From: a virus
Taxonomy: Duplodnaviria > Caudoviricetes
Length of the DNA: 64,000 bases
Virus record (IMG/VR): IMGVR_UViG_2974751360_000001
Coordinates: 3,663-67,662 of that record
Strand: one strand, 5' to 3'
Shown here: piece by piece, positions 19,105 to 29,557 of the stretch
How the letters are laid out: every line of letters starts with the position of its first letter
Position numbering within the stretch: the first letter of the stretch is position 1
Program-made: the position numbers and the translations under genes
The notes under the pieces: model-generated
Database searches by the model: none
Told to the model about the DNA's origin: nothing
What the model saw: the letters and a program-made list of their open reading frames with translations, nothing else

Positions 19105-19521
19105 ATGACGTTCCAGCCCGTCAAGCTCGTCCACCCGAAGACCGGCGTCGTGGTCACTGCGACCACCGCGGTCGATCTCACCAACTTCCGCTTCGCCGAC
19201 GGCTACCTGCCCGAGGACGTCGCGCGCACCCTCGTCGCCAAGACCGAGGGGGTCGAGGAGAAGTACCCGAAGCTCGTCGAGGGAGTGAAGAACCTCGACG
19301 AGATCCAGCGCGCCGAGAGCGAGGCCGAGAAGCCCGCCGAGGACGCCCCCGTCGCCGACGAAGGCGAGAAGGCCGATGAGGGAGAGGCCAAGGGGGAGGA
19401 TGCGCCCTCGACCGACGCTCCCAAGGTAGCCTCGACGAAGACGGCCAAGACCTCGTCTCGCCCGTCGACCGCCGCCAAGAGCGGGACGGACGCCAGCGGC
19501 ACCGACGTCGGCGTTTCCTGA
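19105..19521 (+). CDS. hypothetical protein with low-complexity tail
   Basis: AGGAG RBS, strong codon bias. Confidence 0.7.
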   Translation: MTFQPVKLVHPKTGVVVTATTAVDLTNFRFADGYLPEDVARTLVAKTEGVEEKYPKLVEGVKNLDEIQRAESEAEKPAEDAPVADEGEKADEGEAKGEDAPSTDAPKVASTKTAKTSSRPSTAAKSGTDASGTDVGVS

Positions 19522-19554
19522 CCACCGAAGTAACGAACTACCGGGGAGGTAGCG

Positions 19555-19869
19555 ATGGGAATCAAGTTCTCCGATCTGGAGAAGCGCGCAGAGCGTTCGG
19601 TCGCGAAGAAGAATCGCAGGCCGTACGTCATCGAGGTCGAGGATGATGATCCGATCACCATCCCCTACCCGGACGCCATCAAGTCGATGGAGTACGAACG
19701 ACGCGACGACCTCTACGGGTCGCTCCAGATCCTCGCCGGGGCCGAGTTCCCCCGCATCCTCGAACTGGTCGAGGGCAAGGATCTGGAGGTCGTCCAGTAT
19801 CTCCTCACCGACATGTGGAAGTTCTGGCGCGACGACGCTCATGAGGTCCCCGGGGGAAAAGAGGACTGA
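19555..19869 (+). CDS. tail assembly chaperone (short form)
   Basis: Upstream of tape measure; ends just after a slippery site. Confidence 0.8.
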   Translation: MGIKFSDLEKRAERSVAKKNRRPYVIEVEDDDPITIPYPDAIKSMEYERRDDLYGSLQILAGAEFPRILELVEGKDLEVVQYLLTDMWKFWRDDAHEVPGGKED

Positions 19870-20360
19870 GGGAGCTCTTCGACGAGTACGGCCTGGAGAT
19901 CTTGCGGGACTTCAGGTCGTACTGGTTCGGACTCGACGTCCTCGAATACTTCCGCGGCGAGCGGACCTGGGCCGAGTTCTACGACTTCCTCAACGGTCTG
20001 CCCGCCCACTCGCGCTTCAAGGCCAAGCTCGCGCTCGACCCCGACTTCGCCGAGATCCTCCACCAGCGGAAGCTGGAGATGAACGAGGACGACGAAGACG
20101 AGGACGACGACAGCGAAGAGGGCTGGAAGCCGAAAACTAAGTCGCAAGAGGGGTACACCCCCATGATCGCGACGGCCTACACACTGATCGAATCGGTCCA
20201 AGAGGTCACTCGCACGCTGATCGCGGTCAACGGCCAGAAGCCGCCGTCGAAGCAGAAGCTCCCCCGGCCGGTCTCGGCTCTCGACATCCTCGAACTGATG
20301 GACGAGAAGAGCGACATGGACGACCTCGCCGCCAGGTTTCGCGTCGGGCAGCGGACCTGA
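19555..20360 (+). CDS. tail assembly chaperone (long, frameshifted form)
   Basis: Downstream ORF 19902-20360 is in the -1 frame of the short chaperone. Confidence 0.75.
19852..19860 (+). other. programmed -1 ribosomal frameshift site GGGGGAAAA
   Basis: The -1 frame continues RGLRELFDEYGLEILRDF... to 20360. Confidence 0.8.
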
Positions 20361-20385
20361 GATAGGATCGCAAGTGCCTACCGAG

Positions 20386-20420
20386 AGGGCACCAGGGAAC
20401 GGGAAACCCTGGTGCCCTTT
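20386..20420 (+). terminator. hairpin plus T-run between chaperone and tape measure genes
   Basis: AGGGCACCAGGG-loop-CCCTGGTGCCCT-TT. Confidence 0.5.
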
Positions 20421-20446
20421 CGCATATCAGAGAGGGGTGAGACAGC

Positions 20447-23400
20447 GTGGCGAAGACCTTCCTCGTCGGCGAAGGCGCTGTCCGTCTCATCCCCAACGCG
20501 GCAACTTTCCACAAGACCGCACGGGCGAAGCTCGCCGCAGATCCGCTCCATGTCGGCGTCGAGCTGAAGCCGAACATGACCGGGTTCACCCGGGATGCTC
20601 GCGCGAAGTTGAAGACGGTCGAGGGGCTCTCGGTCAAGGTCTCGCTGAAGCCGGACGTCACCGGGTTTGCCCGCGAGGCCCAGGCGAAGATCGACGCCAC
20701 CCGCGACCTGAAGGCCCGGGTCGCGGTCGAGGCCCGGGTGGACCGGGGGTCGGTCGCCAACGCACATCGGGAGATTCAGGCACAGCTCTCCGCGATGGGG
20801 CCGGTGAGGGTATCCATCGAGTCTCGCGTTGATGACGCCAGCCTGCGCCGGGCCATCGAGACCCTGCGCGCTCGCGTCGCCGCAGCGAACATCACGGCCA
20901 ACATCAACAGCCGCAACGGCCGAGGCCCGCTCGGCGGGATGGGGGACGGCGGTGGAGGAGGTGGTCGAGGTGGCAGTGGTCGGCCAGTACGCAAGGCCGC
21001 GATCGCTACCGGCACCGTCATGGCCCCGATCGTCACCCAGGCTGCCGTCGGCGGTCTGACCGCGCTCATCGGTGCTGCCTCGCAGGCTGCCGGTGCTCTC
21101 GGCCTGCTCCCCGCTGCCGCGACGGCTGCCGGAGCTGGTCTCGCTGCCATCGCCATCGGCGCCGTCGGCATCGGCGGCGCGTTCTCGGCGCTCTCGGACG
21201 CCTCGAAGTCCGCGGGGACGGCCGTCACCCAGAGCGCCAGCCAGCAGGCCGCGGCTCAACGGGGGATCGAGGCTGCCGACCGCGGGCTTGCCACCGCGCA
21301 CCGCGGGGTGACTCGCGCGCTCGAAGATCTCAACGACGCTCGCAAGGACGCCGTCCGGCGCCTGCGGGACATGAACGATGAGATGAAGATGGCTCCGATC
21401 AACGAGCGCGAGGCTGCGCTCGCGATCAAGGAAGCCGTCCGGCGCGTCCAAGAGGCCACCGCATCCGGCGACGCTCTGGAGATCGAGGGCGCGCAGATCG
21501 ACCTGGAGAAGTCGCAGCTCCAGTACGACCAGCTCCGCAAGCAGAACGACGACCTTGCCAACGACGTCGCCGAGGCCAATCGCAAGGGGGTCGAGGGAGA
21601 CAAGCAGGTCATCGCGGCGAAGGACGGCGTCGTCGACGCCAACAACGCGCTGAAGGACGCCCAGGACGCGCTTACCGCCGCGATGGAGTCGGCAGCCAAC
21701 GCCGCGAACCAGATGGCTGGTGGGGTCGACAAGGTCGCGCAGGCGATGGACCGGCTCTCGCCGAAGGCCCAGCAGTTCGTCCGGCAGATCCACGCGCTCG
21801 GACCGGCCTGGACCGAGACCCGCAAGTTCATCCAGGACGCCCTGTTCAACCGGCTCGGCGACTCGGTGACCAAGCTCGCCGGTGTCCAGCTCCCGGTGTT
21901 GCGGACCGGGCTGGCGGGGATCGCGACCGAGATCAACGGCGGGCTCCGCGGTGCGCTCGCGACCTTCTCCACCGAGCAGGCCGCGATGGACTTCACCACC
22001 ACGCTCAACAACTCGCGTGGCATGTGGGCCGGGATCGCGCAGAGCTTCGCGCCGTTCGCGCAGGCCTTCATGAACGTCACCACTGTCGGGTCGACCTTCA
22101 TGCCGCGCCTCGGTACCGCGGTGTCGAACATGGCGTCGAGCTTCAAGCAGTTCACCGACGAGGCCCGGGCCGACGGTTCGATGCAGGAGTTCTTCGAGAA
22201 CTCCCTGACGATGGCGAAGCAGCTCGGCCGCATTCTCGCCAACGTCGGCGCGATCATCGGCGAGATCTTCTCGGCCGGAGCGGAGACCGGCGGTGGATTC
22301 CTCAACACCATCGAGACCGCGACCGGCGAGCTGCGCGCGTTCCTCGGCTCGGTCGAGGGACAAGAGGGCCTGAAGACCTTCTTCAACGGGGTCAAGGAAG
22401 CCGTCCAGACCCTCGCGCCGATCATCACCATCGTCGGCGACGTCTTGCTCACCGTGCTCGGCCCGGCGCTGACCGACCTCGTGATCGGGATGGGGCCAGG
22501 CCTCGTCGCGATGTTCCAAGGCCTCGGCAACGGGCTCGCAGCGATCCAGCCGATCATGGAGACCGTTGGCGTCGCGTTCGGTCAGATCGGATTCGAGCTC
22601 GGCAAGGTCTTCGAGGTGCTCGGCCCGGTCATCGCCGAGGTGTTTGCCGCGTTGGCTCCCGCCATCGGCCCGCTCGCCGCGCTGCTCGGCAGCATCATCA
22701 AGGGACTCGCGCCGATCCTGACCCTGGTCGGCGGGGTCGTCGGTGCGCTCGTCGGCGCTCTTGCTCCTGCCTTCCAGACCATCACCGACGCGCTCGGACC
22801 GGTCATCGCGGGGCTCGTCGACGCGCTGATGCCGATCATCCCTCCGCTGGCCGAAGCAATCGGCGCGATGGCCGGTGCCCTCGCCGGTGTGCTCGCCGAG
22901 ATCATCGGTGCTTTGGCACCTGTAATCACCCAGATCGCAACGGGATTCGCTGATCTGGTGATCGCGATCCTGCCGATCGTGCCGGTGTTCGCCGAGCTGA
23001 TCACCAGCCTGCTGCCGGGCCTGATGACCGTGATCAACGCGATCCTGCCGTTGTTCCCGACGATCGTGCAGGCGCTCGTCAGCATCGTGAGTTTCATTGT
23101 CCCCATTCTGATTCCGGTCCTGAAGGTGCTCAGCACCATCGTGTCGACCGTGTTCACCGTGATCGCGAACGTGATCGGCTGGGCCATCCGGAACATCATC
23201 GTGCCGGTGTTGACCTGGCTGATCAAGGGGATCACCAATGTCGGCGACATCGCGAAGTGGTTGTGGGACAACGCACTTAAGCCGGTGATCGACTTCATCG
23301 TCGACGGGTGGAAGTGGCTCTGGAGCATGGTCGAACCTGTGTTCGATGCGCTCCGGAACGGGATCTCGCGCGTCGGAGACTTCTTCTCCACCGTCGTCGA

Positions 23401-25873
23401 CGGCATCGGCACGGCCTGGGGACGACTGGTCGACATCGCGAAGACCCCTATCAACTGGGTGATCAACCACGTGATCAACGGCGGTATCGGTCGCGCCTGG
23501 AAGGCGGTCGACAACTTCCTCGGCGGGCACATGCCCGACTGGGTCGACGTCAGCCCGATCGGCATGGCCTCCGGTGGCGAGGTGCCGATGGCAGCCGGAG
23601 CGGTCCGAGGCAAGGACTCGGTTCGCATTCTCGGTATGCCCGGCGAGCACATGTGGGACGTGATGGACGTCGCCCGTGCCGGTGGTCAGCAGGCCATGTA
23701 CCGGATGCGCGACATGGTGATGAAGGGCAAGCCGTTCACCTGGACTCCGGCCGGACTGGCTGACGCCGAGGGCGACGGAGCGCTGCCGCGGTACGCCAAG
23801 GGTGGCGAGCTGTCCGCAGGCGACCGACTGGCTCCGCTCCCGGGCGAGGGTGGGCTCCAGCCGATCGCTCAGCTCATGGCGCGCATCATCAAGGGCACCT
23901 GGCCCAAGACGGTCACGTCCATCGGCGGCTACCGTCCTCCGGACGGCTACAACGAGCACTCATCGGGCCGCGCGCTCGACGTCATGGTGGCCGAGCTCGG
24001 GGGCAAGACCGGCGACGAGGTCACCGAGTTCTCGATGGCGAACCACCCGAACTATCCGGTGACGCACACCATCTGGAAGCAGCAGATGCACTACCCGCCG
24101 GACGGTCGCACCGAGGGGATGGACGACCGCGGGTCGCCGACGCAGAACCACATGGACCACCCGCACATCTGGTACGCGCCGAACCAGGGCCCGATCAACC
24201 CGAACATCATGCCCGACAACATCGCGTTCGGCGGCGTCACTGACGCCGCCGTCCGCAAGGGCATCACCGCGTGGGCAGAGAAGGCCTTCAACACCGCGCT
24301 CGCACCGGTGAAGAAGCTCCTCGACACCGCGGCGTTCAACCCTCCCCCGGAGATCAAGGCGACCCCGCGCGAGCTGTACAAGGGCATGGTCGAACCCGCG
24401 AAGGAGAAGCTGCTCGACAAGGTCTCCGAGCTGACCTCGGTCGAGGGCTGGAAGAACATGCTCGGCGGCGCGGTCGACAAGGTGAAGTCCGGCGCAGGCA
24501 ACCTCCTCGGCGGGTTGAAGCGTGTGCTCTTCGACACCGGAGGCGTCATCCGGCCGGGCACCACCGTCGTGCAGAACGACACCGGTCGCGACGAGTACAT
24601 GCTCAACCCGATGGAGACCGTCCTGCTTCGCGGGCTGGTCGCCGCCCTTCGCGGGATCGGGATCAACCCGGTTCTGCCGCAGCAGCAGCCGCTCACCCCC
24701 GATACCGGCGACAAGCCGCTTACTCCGGAGACCGGACCGGCCGACGTCAACATCGCTGGCGTCGGTGGCAAGTCGACGGCCCCCGGCGAGCTGCCGGTTC
24801 CCGAACAGACCGAGATCAAGCCGCCGACCGCCGCGGACCTCGACGACGGCCTGCCGGGAACCGGCTCCGGCGCGGCGACGATCCCGCTGAAGCGCAATCC
24901 GGACGGCACGTACACCTCGACCGACCCCGAGTGGGCCAAGCTCATCAAGCGGGAGTCCGGTGGCGACCCGACGGTCACTCAGAAGGTCACCGACGTCAAC
25001 TCCGGCGGTAACGAGGCCAGCGGATTGTTCCAGATCGCCAAGGGCACCTGGGCATCAAACGGCGGCACGAAGTTCGCGCCGACCGCCGGTGAGGCGACTC
25101 CGGAGCAGCAGGCCGAGATCGCGGCGAAGATCTTCAACGAGCAGGGTGGGTCCCCGTGGGGTTCCGGTGCCGGGCAGAACTTCGGCCGCGAGGACGAGGC
25201 GCTGCTGCGCAAGGGCATCCGTCCGGCCGGGACCAAGGACGACCCGATCTCGGTCACCGTGGATACCCCGTCGGATGATCCGTCGAAGGATTGGGCCACC
25301 ACCGCGGAGACCGAGCCCGGCGACAAGACCGGATCGGCGTACGGCCAGAACCTCCAGGGCGCGGCGATCGGCAAGGACGGCTCCTACAAGCCGGACAACA
25401 ACGTCCCGTCGGTGAACAAGGGCGGGAACATCGACACCAAGCCGATGTTCACCAACCCGTTCGAGACCTTCGAGGGCAAGCTCGGCATGGGGTTCGCGAA
25501 GAACGCCCCGCTCGGGATCGGCAGTCCGCAGGCCGAGATGCTGGCGAAGAAGGCCCCGGCCGTCACCGAACTCGCCAACGGCATCGCCAAGGCTGCCCCG
25601 GCATGGGGCGCGGCCCTCGCGGGCAACCCGGCCGCGCTCATCGCGAACATCGGTCAGGCGACCGGTCAGTGGGCGACCAAGACCGCGAGCGACTTCGCCA
25701 ACTACATCCCGGAGGCCGCTCCCGGAATGCTGGAGTCCGCGCTGTCGGCGATCGGTGGACCGCTGATTGGTACGGTGAACACCGGCGTCAGCACGGACGA
25801 ACTCATGTCCACGATGGAGGACGCGCAGAACCGGCAGATGCGCCGGACCAAGGCCGGACGCCGGAGGTACTGA
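20447..25873 (+). CDS. tape measure protein with C-terminal peptidase-like and Rpf-like transglycosylase domains
   Basis: 1808 aa Ala/Gly-rich helical repeats; EHSSGRALD...HMDHPH; RESGG...GLFQI...W...A..EQQ...QG.SPW. Confidence 0.93.
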   Translation: MAKTFLVGEGAVRLIPNAATFHKTARAKLAADPLHVGVELKPNMTGFTRDARAKLKTVEGLSVKVSLKPDVTGFAREAQAKIDATRDLKARVAVEARVDRGSVANAHREIQAQLSAMGPVRVSIESRVDDASLRRAIETLRARVAAANITANINSRNGRGPLGGMGDGGGGGGRGGSGRPVRKAAIATGTVMAPIVTQAAVGGLTALIGAASQAAGALGLLPAAATAAGAGLAAIAIGAVGIGGAFSALSDASKSAGTAVTQSASQQAAAQRGIEAADRGLATAHRGVTRALEDLNDARKDAVRRLRDMNDEMKMAPINEREAALAIKEAVRRVQEATASGDALEIEGAQIDLEKSQLQYDQLRKQNDDLANDVAEANRKGVEGDKQVIAAKDGVVDANNALKDAQDALTAAMESAANAANQMAGGVDKVAQAMDRLSPKAQQFVRQIHALGPAWTETRKFIQDALFNRLGDSVTKLAGVQLPVLRTGLAGIATEINGGLRGALATFSTEQAAMDFTTTLNNSRGMWAGIAQSFAPFAQAFMNVTTVGSTFMPRLGTAVSNMASSFKQFTDEARADGSMQEFFENSLTMAKQLGRILANVGAIIGEIFSAGAETGGGFLNTIETATGELRAFLGSVEGQEGLKTFFNGVKEAVQTLAPIITIVGDVLLTVLGPALTDLVIGMGPGLVAMFQGLGNGLAAIQPIMETVGVAFGQIGFELGKVFEVLGPVIAEVFAALAPAIGPLAALLGSIIKGLAPILTLVGGVVGALVGALAPAFQTITDALGPVIAGLVDALMPIIPPLAEAIGAMAGALAGVLAEIIGALAPVITQIATGFADLVIAILPIVPVFAELITSLLPGLMTVINAILPLFPTIVQALVSIVSFIVPILIPVLKVLSTIVSTVFTVIANVIGWAIRNIIVPVLTWLIKGITNVGDIAKWLWDNALKPVIDFIVDGWKWLWSMVEPVFDALRNGISRVGDFFSTVVDGIGTAWGRLVDIAKTPINWVINHVINGGIGRAWKAVDNFLGGHMPDWVDVSPIGMASGGEVPMAAGAVRGKDSVRILGMPGEHMWDVMDVARAGGQQAMYRMRDMVMKGKPFTWTPAGLADAEGDGALPRYAKGGELSAGDRLAPLPGEGGLQPIAQLMARIIKGTWPKTVTSIGGYRPPDGYNEHSSGRALDVMVAELGGKTGDEVTEFSMANHPNYPVTHTIWKQQMHYPPDGRTEGMDDRGSPTQNHMDHPHIWYAPNQGPINPNIMPDNIAFGGVTDAAVRKGITAWAEKAFNTALAPVKKLLDTAAFNPPPEIKATPRELYKGMVEPAKEKLLDKVSELTSVEGWKNMLGGAVDKVKSGAGNLLGGLKRVLFDTGGVIRPGTTVVQNDTGRDEYMLNPMETVLLRGLVAALRGIGINPVLPQQQPLTPDTGDKPLTPETGPADVNIAGVGGKSTAPGELPVPEQTEIKPPTAADLDDGLPGTGSGAATIPLKRNPDGTYTSTDPEWAKLIKRESGGDPTVTQKVTDVNSGGNEASGLFQIAKGTWASNGGTKFAPTAGEATPEQQAEIAAKIFNEQGGSPWGSGAGQNFGREDEALLRKGIRPAGTKDDPISVTVDTPSDDPSKDWATTAETEPGDKTGSAYGQNLQGAAIGKDGSYKPDNNVPSVNKGGNIDTKPMFTNPFETFEGKLGMGFAKNAPLGIGSPQAEMLAKKAPAVTELANGIAKAAPAWGAALAGNPAALIANIGQATGQWATKTASDFANYIPEAAPGMLESALSAIGGPLIGTVNTGVSTDELMSTMEDAQNRQMRRTKAGRRRY

Positions 25874-25874
25874 C

Positions 25875-26792
25875 GTGAGTGGTGGGCTGAGCCGAGGGGA
25901 TCGGACCTGGGTCATCTTCCGCGGTCCCGAGGGTGGCCGGTTCTGGCTGTCCGGGATGCGCGGGCAGGGCAAGCAGGGAGTCGAGCTGGCGATGGGGCTC
26001 ACCGGCCTCGATCGACCGCCGACCGAGCTGGTCTGGCTCCAGGAAGCCCATCAGAACGGGGCCGACCTCGTCGGCTCGAACGTCGACGTCCGGACGATCA
26101 AGGGTGCGGTCAACATCCTGGGGAAGACCCCGCGTCAGGTGCGCGCGGCCTACGACGACTGGCAGCGGAACAACTTCTTCGAGCGGTACTCCCGGCTGTT
26201 CTTCATCAACAGCTACAGCGGGGTCCGATTCCTCGATGTCCTCCTCGGCGCGTCGCCGGATGGCTCGCTCGACAAAGACCCCGCGCTGCTCCGACGGCTG
26301 GCAGGATACCCGTGGACCTGGGTCTCCCCGAACCCCTACTACAAGGGGTACTCCGAGACCTTCCGGTCGAAGGTGGTCAACGGGAACTCGACGATCGAGA
26401 TGAAGGTCCGCAACCTCGGCTCGGCGCCGCGGGTCTACCCGCGTATCTACCTGCCCGGACCAGGCACCTGGCACATCCCCCGGGGCACCCGGCAGCCGAA
26501 CTGGCGCGGCGAGGAGGGCCTCGGCCCACTCGTCGAGGACGACATGATCCCGCTCCCACCTTTGAAGAGCGGGGAGGGCGTCTGGCTCAACCCCGACACT
26601 CGTATCGAGACCATCACTCGGGTCGGCCCCAGTGGGCAGGAGAAGAACCTCTGGGCACAGATGAACGGCCAACGACCTAAGCTCTGGCTCAACCCCCGCT
26701 CGCAGGAGACGTGGAAGTTCCGCGTCCAAGGCGGGCTCCCCGGCACGGAGGCCAAGATGATCGTGCAGCCCCTCTACATGACGTTCTGGTGA
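25875..26792 (+). CDS. minor tail protein (distal tail / Dit-like)
   Basis: First gene after tape measure, 305 aa. Confidence 0.75.
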   Translation: MSGGLSRGDRTWVIFRGPEGGRFWLSGMRGQGKQGVELAMGLTGLDRPPTELVWLQEAHQNGADLVGSNVDVRTIKGAVNILGKTPRQVRAAYDDWQRNNFFERYSRLFFINSYSGVRFLDVLLGASPDGSLDKDPALLRRLAGYPWTWVSPNPYYKGYSETFRSKVVNGNSTIEMKVRNLGSAPRVYPRIYLPGPGTWHIPRGTRQPNWRGEEGLGPLVEDDMIPLPPLKSGEGVWLNPDTRIETITRVGPSGQEKNLWAQMNGQRPKLWLNPRSQETWKFRVQGGLPGTEAKMIVQPLYMTFW

Positions 26793-26795
26793 GCC

Positions 26796-28412
26796 ATGCC
26801 TCCTCTGCTGAGTGACGCGCCCCCGATCCCGCTCGACGACCGCGGGATCATCCCGTCGTGGCGAACGACCGCCGACATCGAGATCCGCCGGTGGATCGAC
26901 GACGACCCGATGGGGCTCGAAGGCTACTGCAACGACTTCATCGAGGCCGAGGCCGAGTTCGCCGAGAACGAGACCGGCCCCGGGCACATCGAGGTGCCCT
27001 ACCACTCGAAGTGGGCGAAGATCTTCGCCAACTGTGACAACGAGAACATCTTCGTCCACATCAAGATCAACGGCGAATGGTGGACCGGCCGCGTCGACAA
27101 GTGCCGGAAGAAGCGCAAGGGGAAGAAGCGCACGGTCATCGCCGAGCTGGTCAGCGACTACGTCTGGCTGGAGTCGATGTTCTGCTGGCCCAACAACTTC
27201 ACCCCGCTCGGGTTCCAATGGCCGAAGAAGAACGTCAAGCTCATGCCCACCAAGAGCATGATCGAGAGCTACATCTTCGAGGTGCTGTTCCGGCTCCAGG
27301 CCTTCGGTAGCGGGCTCCACCGGTTCCCCATCGGGTTCTTCAACAACCCCGGTGAGAACTGGTGGTCGATGAAGGTCAAGGACTGGGCCCGACCGTGCGT
27401 GGTGATCCCGAGCAGTCTGCTTCACGACACCACGCGCTGGAACGCGCTCCTGGCCCGAATGACCCCGCTCGACGAGCTGTTCCGCGAGGTCGCCTACGAC
27501 GAGCACGTCGTCATCGAGGCGAAGGCCTGGGTGAAGGGACGTGACCCCCAGCCGTCGGACAAGATCACCCTCGAACACTCGTGCATCTACTTCAAGGTCC
27601 ACGACAAACGAGGCGTCGTCGGCCGCACCGGCACGGTGCTCGATGGCCTGTTCAACACCGTCATCGACACGGTCAGCCCGATCGTCGAGAACATCGTCGG
27701 CGCCTTCACCGAGAACAGCGAGATGTACTCGCTGTCGAAGTTCTTCGGCACCGACCCCAAGGACCCCTGGGTGGTCATCCGCGAGGACGACCTCGACGAC
27801 GACATCGAAGAGTCCGAGGTCGTCATCAACTCGCCTCAGGCCCATACCGGGATCGTCGGTGGACAGTCCCCCGAGTGGCTGAACAAGGGCATCGAGATGG
27901 TCGCCAACGCGGCGATCGGGGGCATCCTCGCGGTGGCCGGGATCTCGTTCCTCTCGGACCTGATCAGCGGGGAGCTCTCCGACATCGCGCTGGCCTTCCA
28001 GAGCCAGACCAACGAGCGCCTGCGCGCCAAGTTCGGCCTCTTCATGCTGCCAGAGGCCTACCCCGGATCCGGGACGACGGCCTACACCTACGACTCGATC
28101 CAGGCGCTCCGGAAGATCATGTTCGAGACCCGGCCGTACCGGTCGTTCTCGGTCACGATCAACGACGGGAAGCCGTTCATCCCGTTCGTCCACTTCGGTA
28201 TCGGAGACCCCATCGGCTGGGAGGACGACGGCGAGATCCACGTCGACTACGTCCGCCGCATCACCGTCACGCTCAACCGCGCGAAGCGGACTCGGATGAC
28301 GATCAAGGTCGGCGACGAGCAAGCACTGAAGGACCCGATGGAGCTGGCGCTGAAGCGCGTCGAGAGGGTCAAGCAGGCCTTCGACTTCTGGACTTTGTCG
28401 GATGCCGGTTAG
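26796..28412 (+). CDS. minor tail protein (baseplate hub-like)
   Basis: WTGRV...; FGIGDPIGW; synteny. Confidence 0.78.
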   Translation: MPPLLSDAPPIPLDDRGIIPSWRTTADIEIRRWIDDDPMGLEGYCNDFIEAEAEFAENETGPGHIEVPYHSKWAKIFANCDNENIFVHIKINGEWWTGRVDKCRKKRKGKKRTVIAELVSDYVWLESMFCWPNNFTPLGFQWPKKNVKLMPTKSMIESYIFEVLFRLQAFGSGLHRFPIGFFNNPGENWWSMKVKDWARPCVVIPSSLLHDTTRWNALLARMTPLDELFREVAYDEHVVIEAKAWVKGRDPQPSDKITLEHSCIYFKVHDKRGVVGRTGTVLDGLFNTVIDTVSPIVENIVGAFTENSEMYSLSKFFGTDPKDPWVVIREDDLDDDIEESEVVINSPQAHTGIVGGQSPEWLNKGIEMVANAAIGGILAVAGISFLSDLISGELSDIALAFQSQTNERLRAKFGLFMLPEAYPGSGTTAYTYDSIQALRKIMFETRPYRSFSVTINDGKPFIPFVHFGIGDPIGWEDDGEIHVDYVRRITVTLNRAKRTRMTIKVGDEQALKDPMELALKRVERVKQAFDFWTLSDAG

Positions 28413-28446
28413 ACCCGGATAGACTGACCGCGACCGAGGGAGAAAC

Positions 28447-29556
28447 ATGCCGGAGACCATCAAGGAAGCCATCGTTCAGCTCATCCTGCGCTGGGATGGC
28501 GATGCGATGGACTACGAGTCCGAGCGCCGCGCGATCATCGAGGTCACCAACGGCGTCGGCGAGCTGCTCCTGCCGCGGGGCCGTCAGGGTGACCCCGGCA
28601 AAGACGGCGAGCCCGGTCCGAAGCTCGCGCCGGACGTGGTGCTTAGCCAAGCGAACGATTCTGACATCACCCCATTGCTGCCGCAGGATCTCGCGGAGGG
28701 TGACCGCGGGTATGTCGTGCTCAACGACACCACCAACACCGCGTGGTTCTGGAACGGCGAAGAGTGGCGCATCGTCCACGACGTGGTCGGGATGCAAGGC
28801 GACATCGGACCGTCGGTCGGCTTCAGCATCGGCACAGTCACCACCTCCCCCTCCGGCGGGCAGGCTGCTGTCTCGGTAGACCCGGCGTCGACCGCGACGA
28901 ACAAGATCCTGAACTTCGTTCTCCCCCGAGGCAACCAGGGATCGGTCGGCGTCGGCCAGAAGGGTGACGCCGGAGACGCAATCGCCGGAGCAGGCGACGT
29001 CGAGATGCCCGTGGGTGGCCCGGCCGACGGCCAGGTGCTCGTCTACGACAGCCTTCTGGAGAAGTGGCGACCCACCACGTTCATGTCCGGACCGGTCGGC
29101 CCCTTCGCCATCGGCCCCAACGATTTCACCGTGGTCAACGACAACAACTGGTCGAACGACTACAAGGTCATCGCCCAGATCAACGTCCCCGCACAGGGAT
29201 TCGCATGGCACCCTCGGGTCTTCGCCCAGTGCGACGTGAAGCTCACCGGCGTGCAGGCGCGCGTCGACCTCGAAGCCCGGCTCGGATCGGCGACCGGACC
29301 CGTGGTCGGCCGCGGCCCGGGCAACACGATCACCGCGATCATCGACAACTTCTACCCTCGGGACCTGTCACCGGCGTTCGAGGGGTCTCCGATGACGCCG
29401 GAGTCTACGGCGTACTCGGTCTCGAAGGGCGAGGTCGGCACGATCTACCTCGTGCTGCGCCGGATCGACACCCTCGCGACCTTCGGCGTCTCCACCCGCA
29501 AGGATCGAGCCTCGTTCACCGTCTACTGCGACCCAATCCCTGGCTCCGAGGCGTAG
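28447..29556 (+). CDS. minor tail protein with short collagen-like repeats
   Basis: GRQGDPGKDGEPGP, LNFVLPRG. Confidence 0.75.
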   Translation: MPETIKEAIVQLILRWDGDAMDYESERRAIIEVTNGVGELLLPRGRQGDPGKDGEPGPKLAPDVVLSQANDSDITPLLPQDLAEGDRGYVVLNDTTNTAWFWNGEEWRIVHDVVGMQGDIGPSVGFSIGTVTTSPSGGQAAVSVDPASTATNKILNFVLPRGNQGSVGVGQKGDAGDAIAGAGDVEMPVGGPADGQVLVYDSLLEKWRPTTFMSGPVGPFAIGPNDFTVVNDNNWSNDYKVIAQINVPAQGFAWHPRVFAQCDVKLTGVQARVDLEARLGSATGPVVGRGPGNTITAIIDNFYPRDLSPAFEGSPMTPESTAYSVSKGEVGTIYLVLRRIDTLATFGVSTRKDRASFTVYCDPIPGSEA

Positions 29557-29557
29557 C

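Noticed and set aside
20378-23959. Very long antisense ORFs (also 8657-10666, 25803-28472, 36873-39482)
   Set aside because: Shadow ORFs caused by high GC3 on the opposite coding strand; no RBS or recognisable domains.
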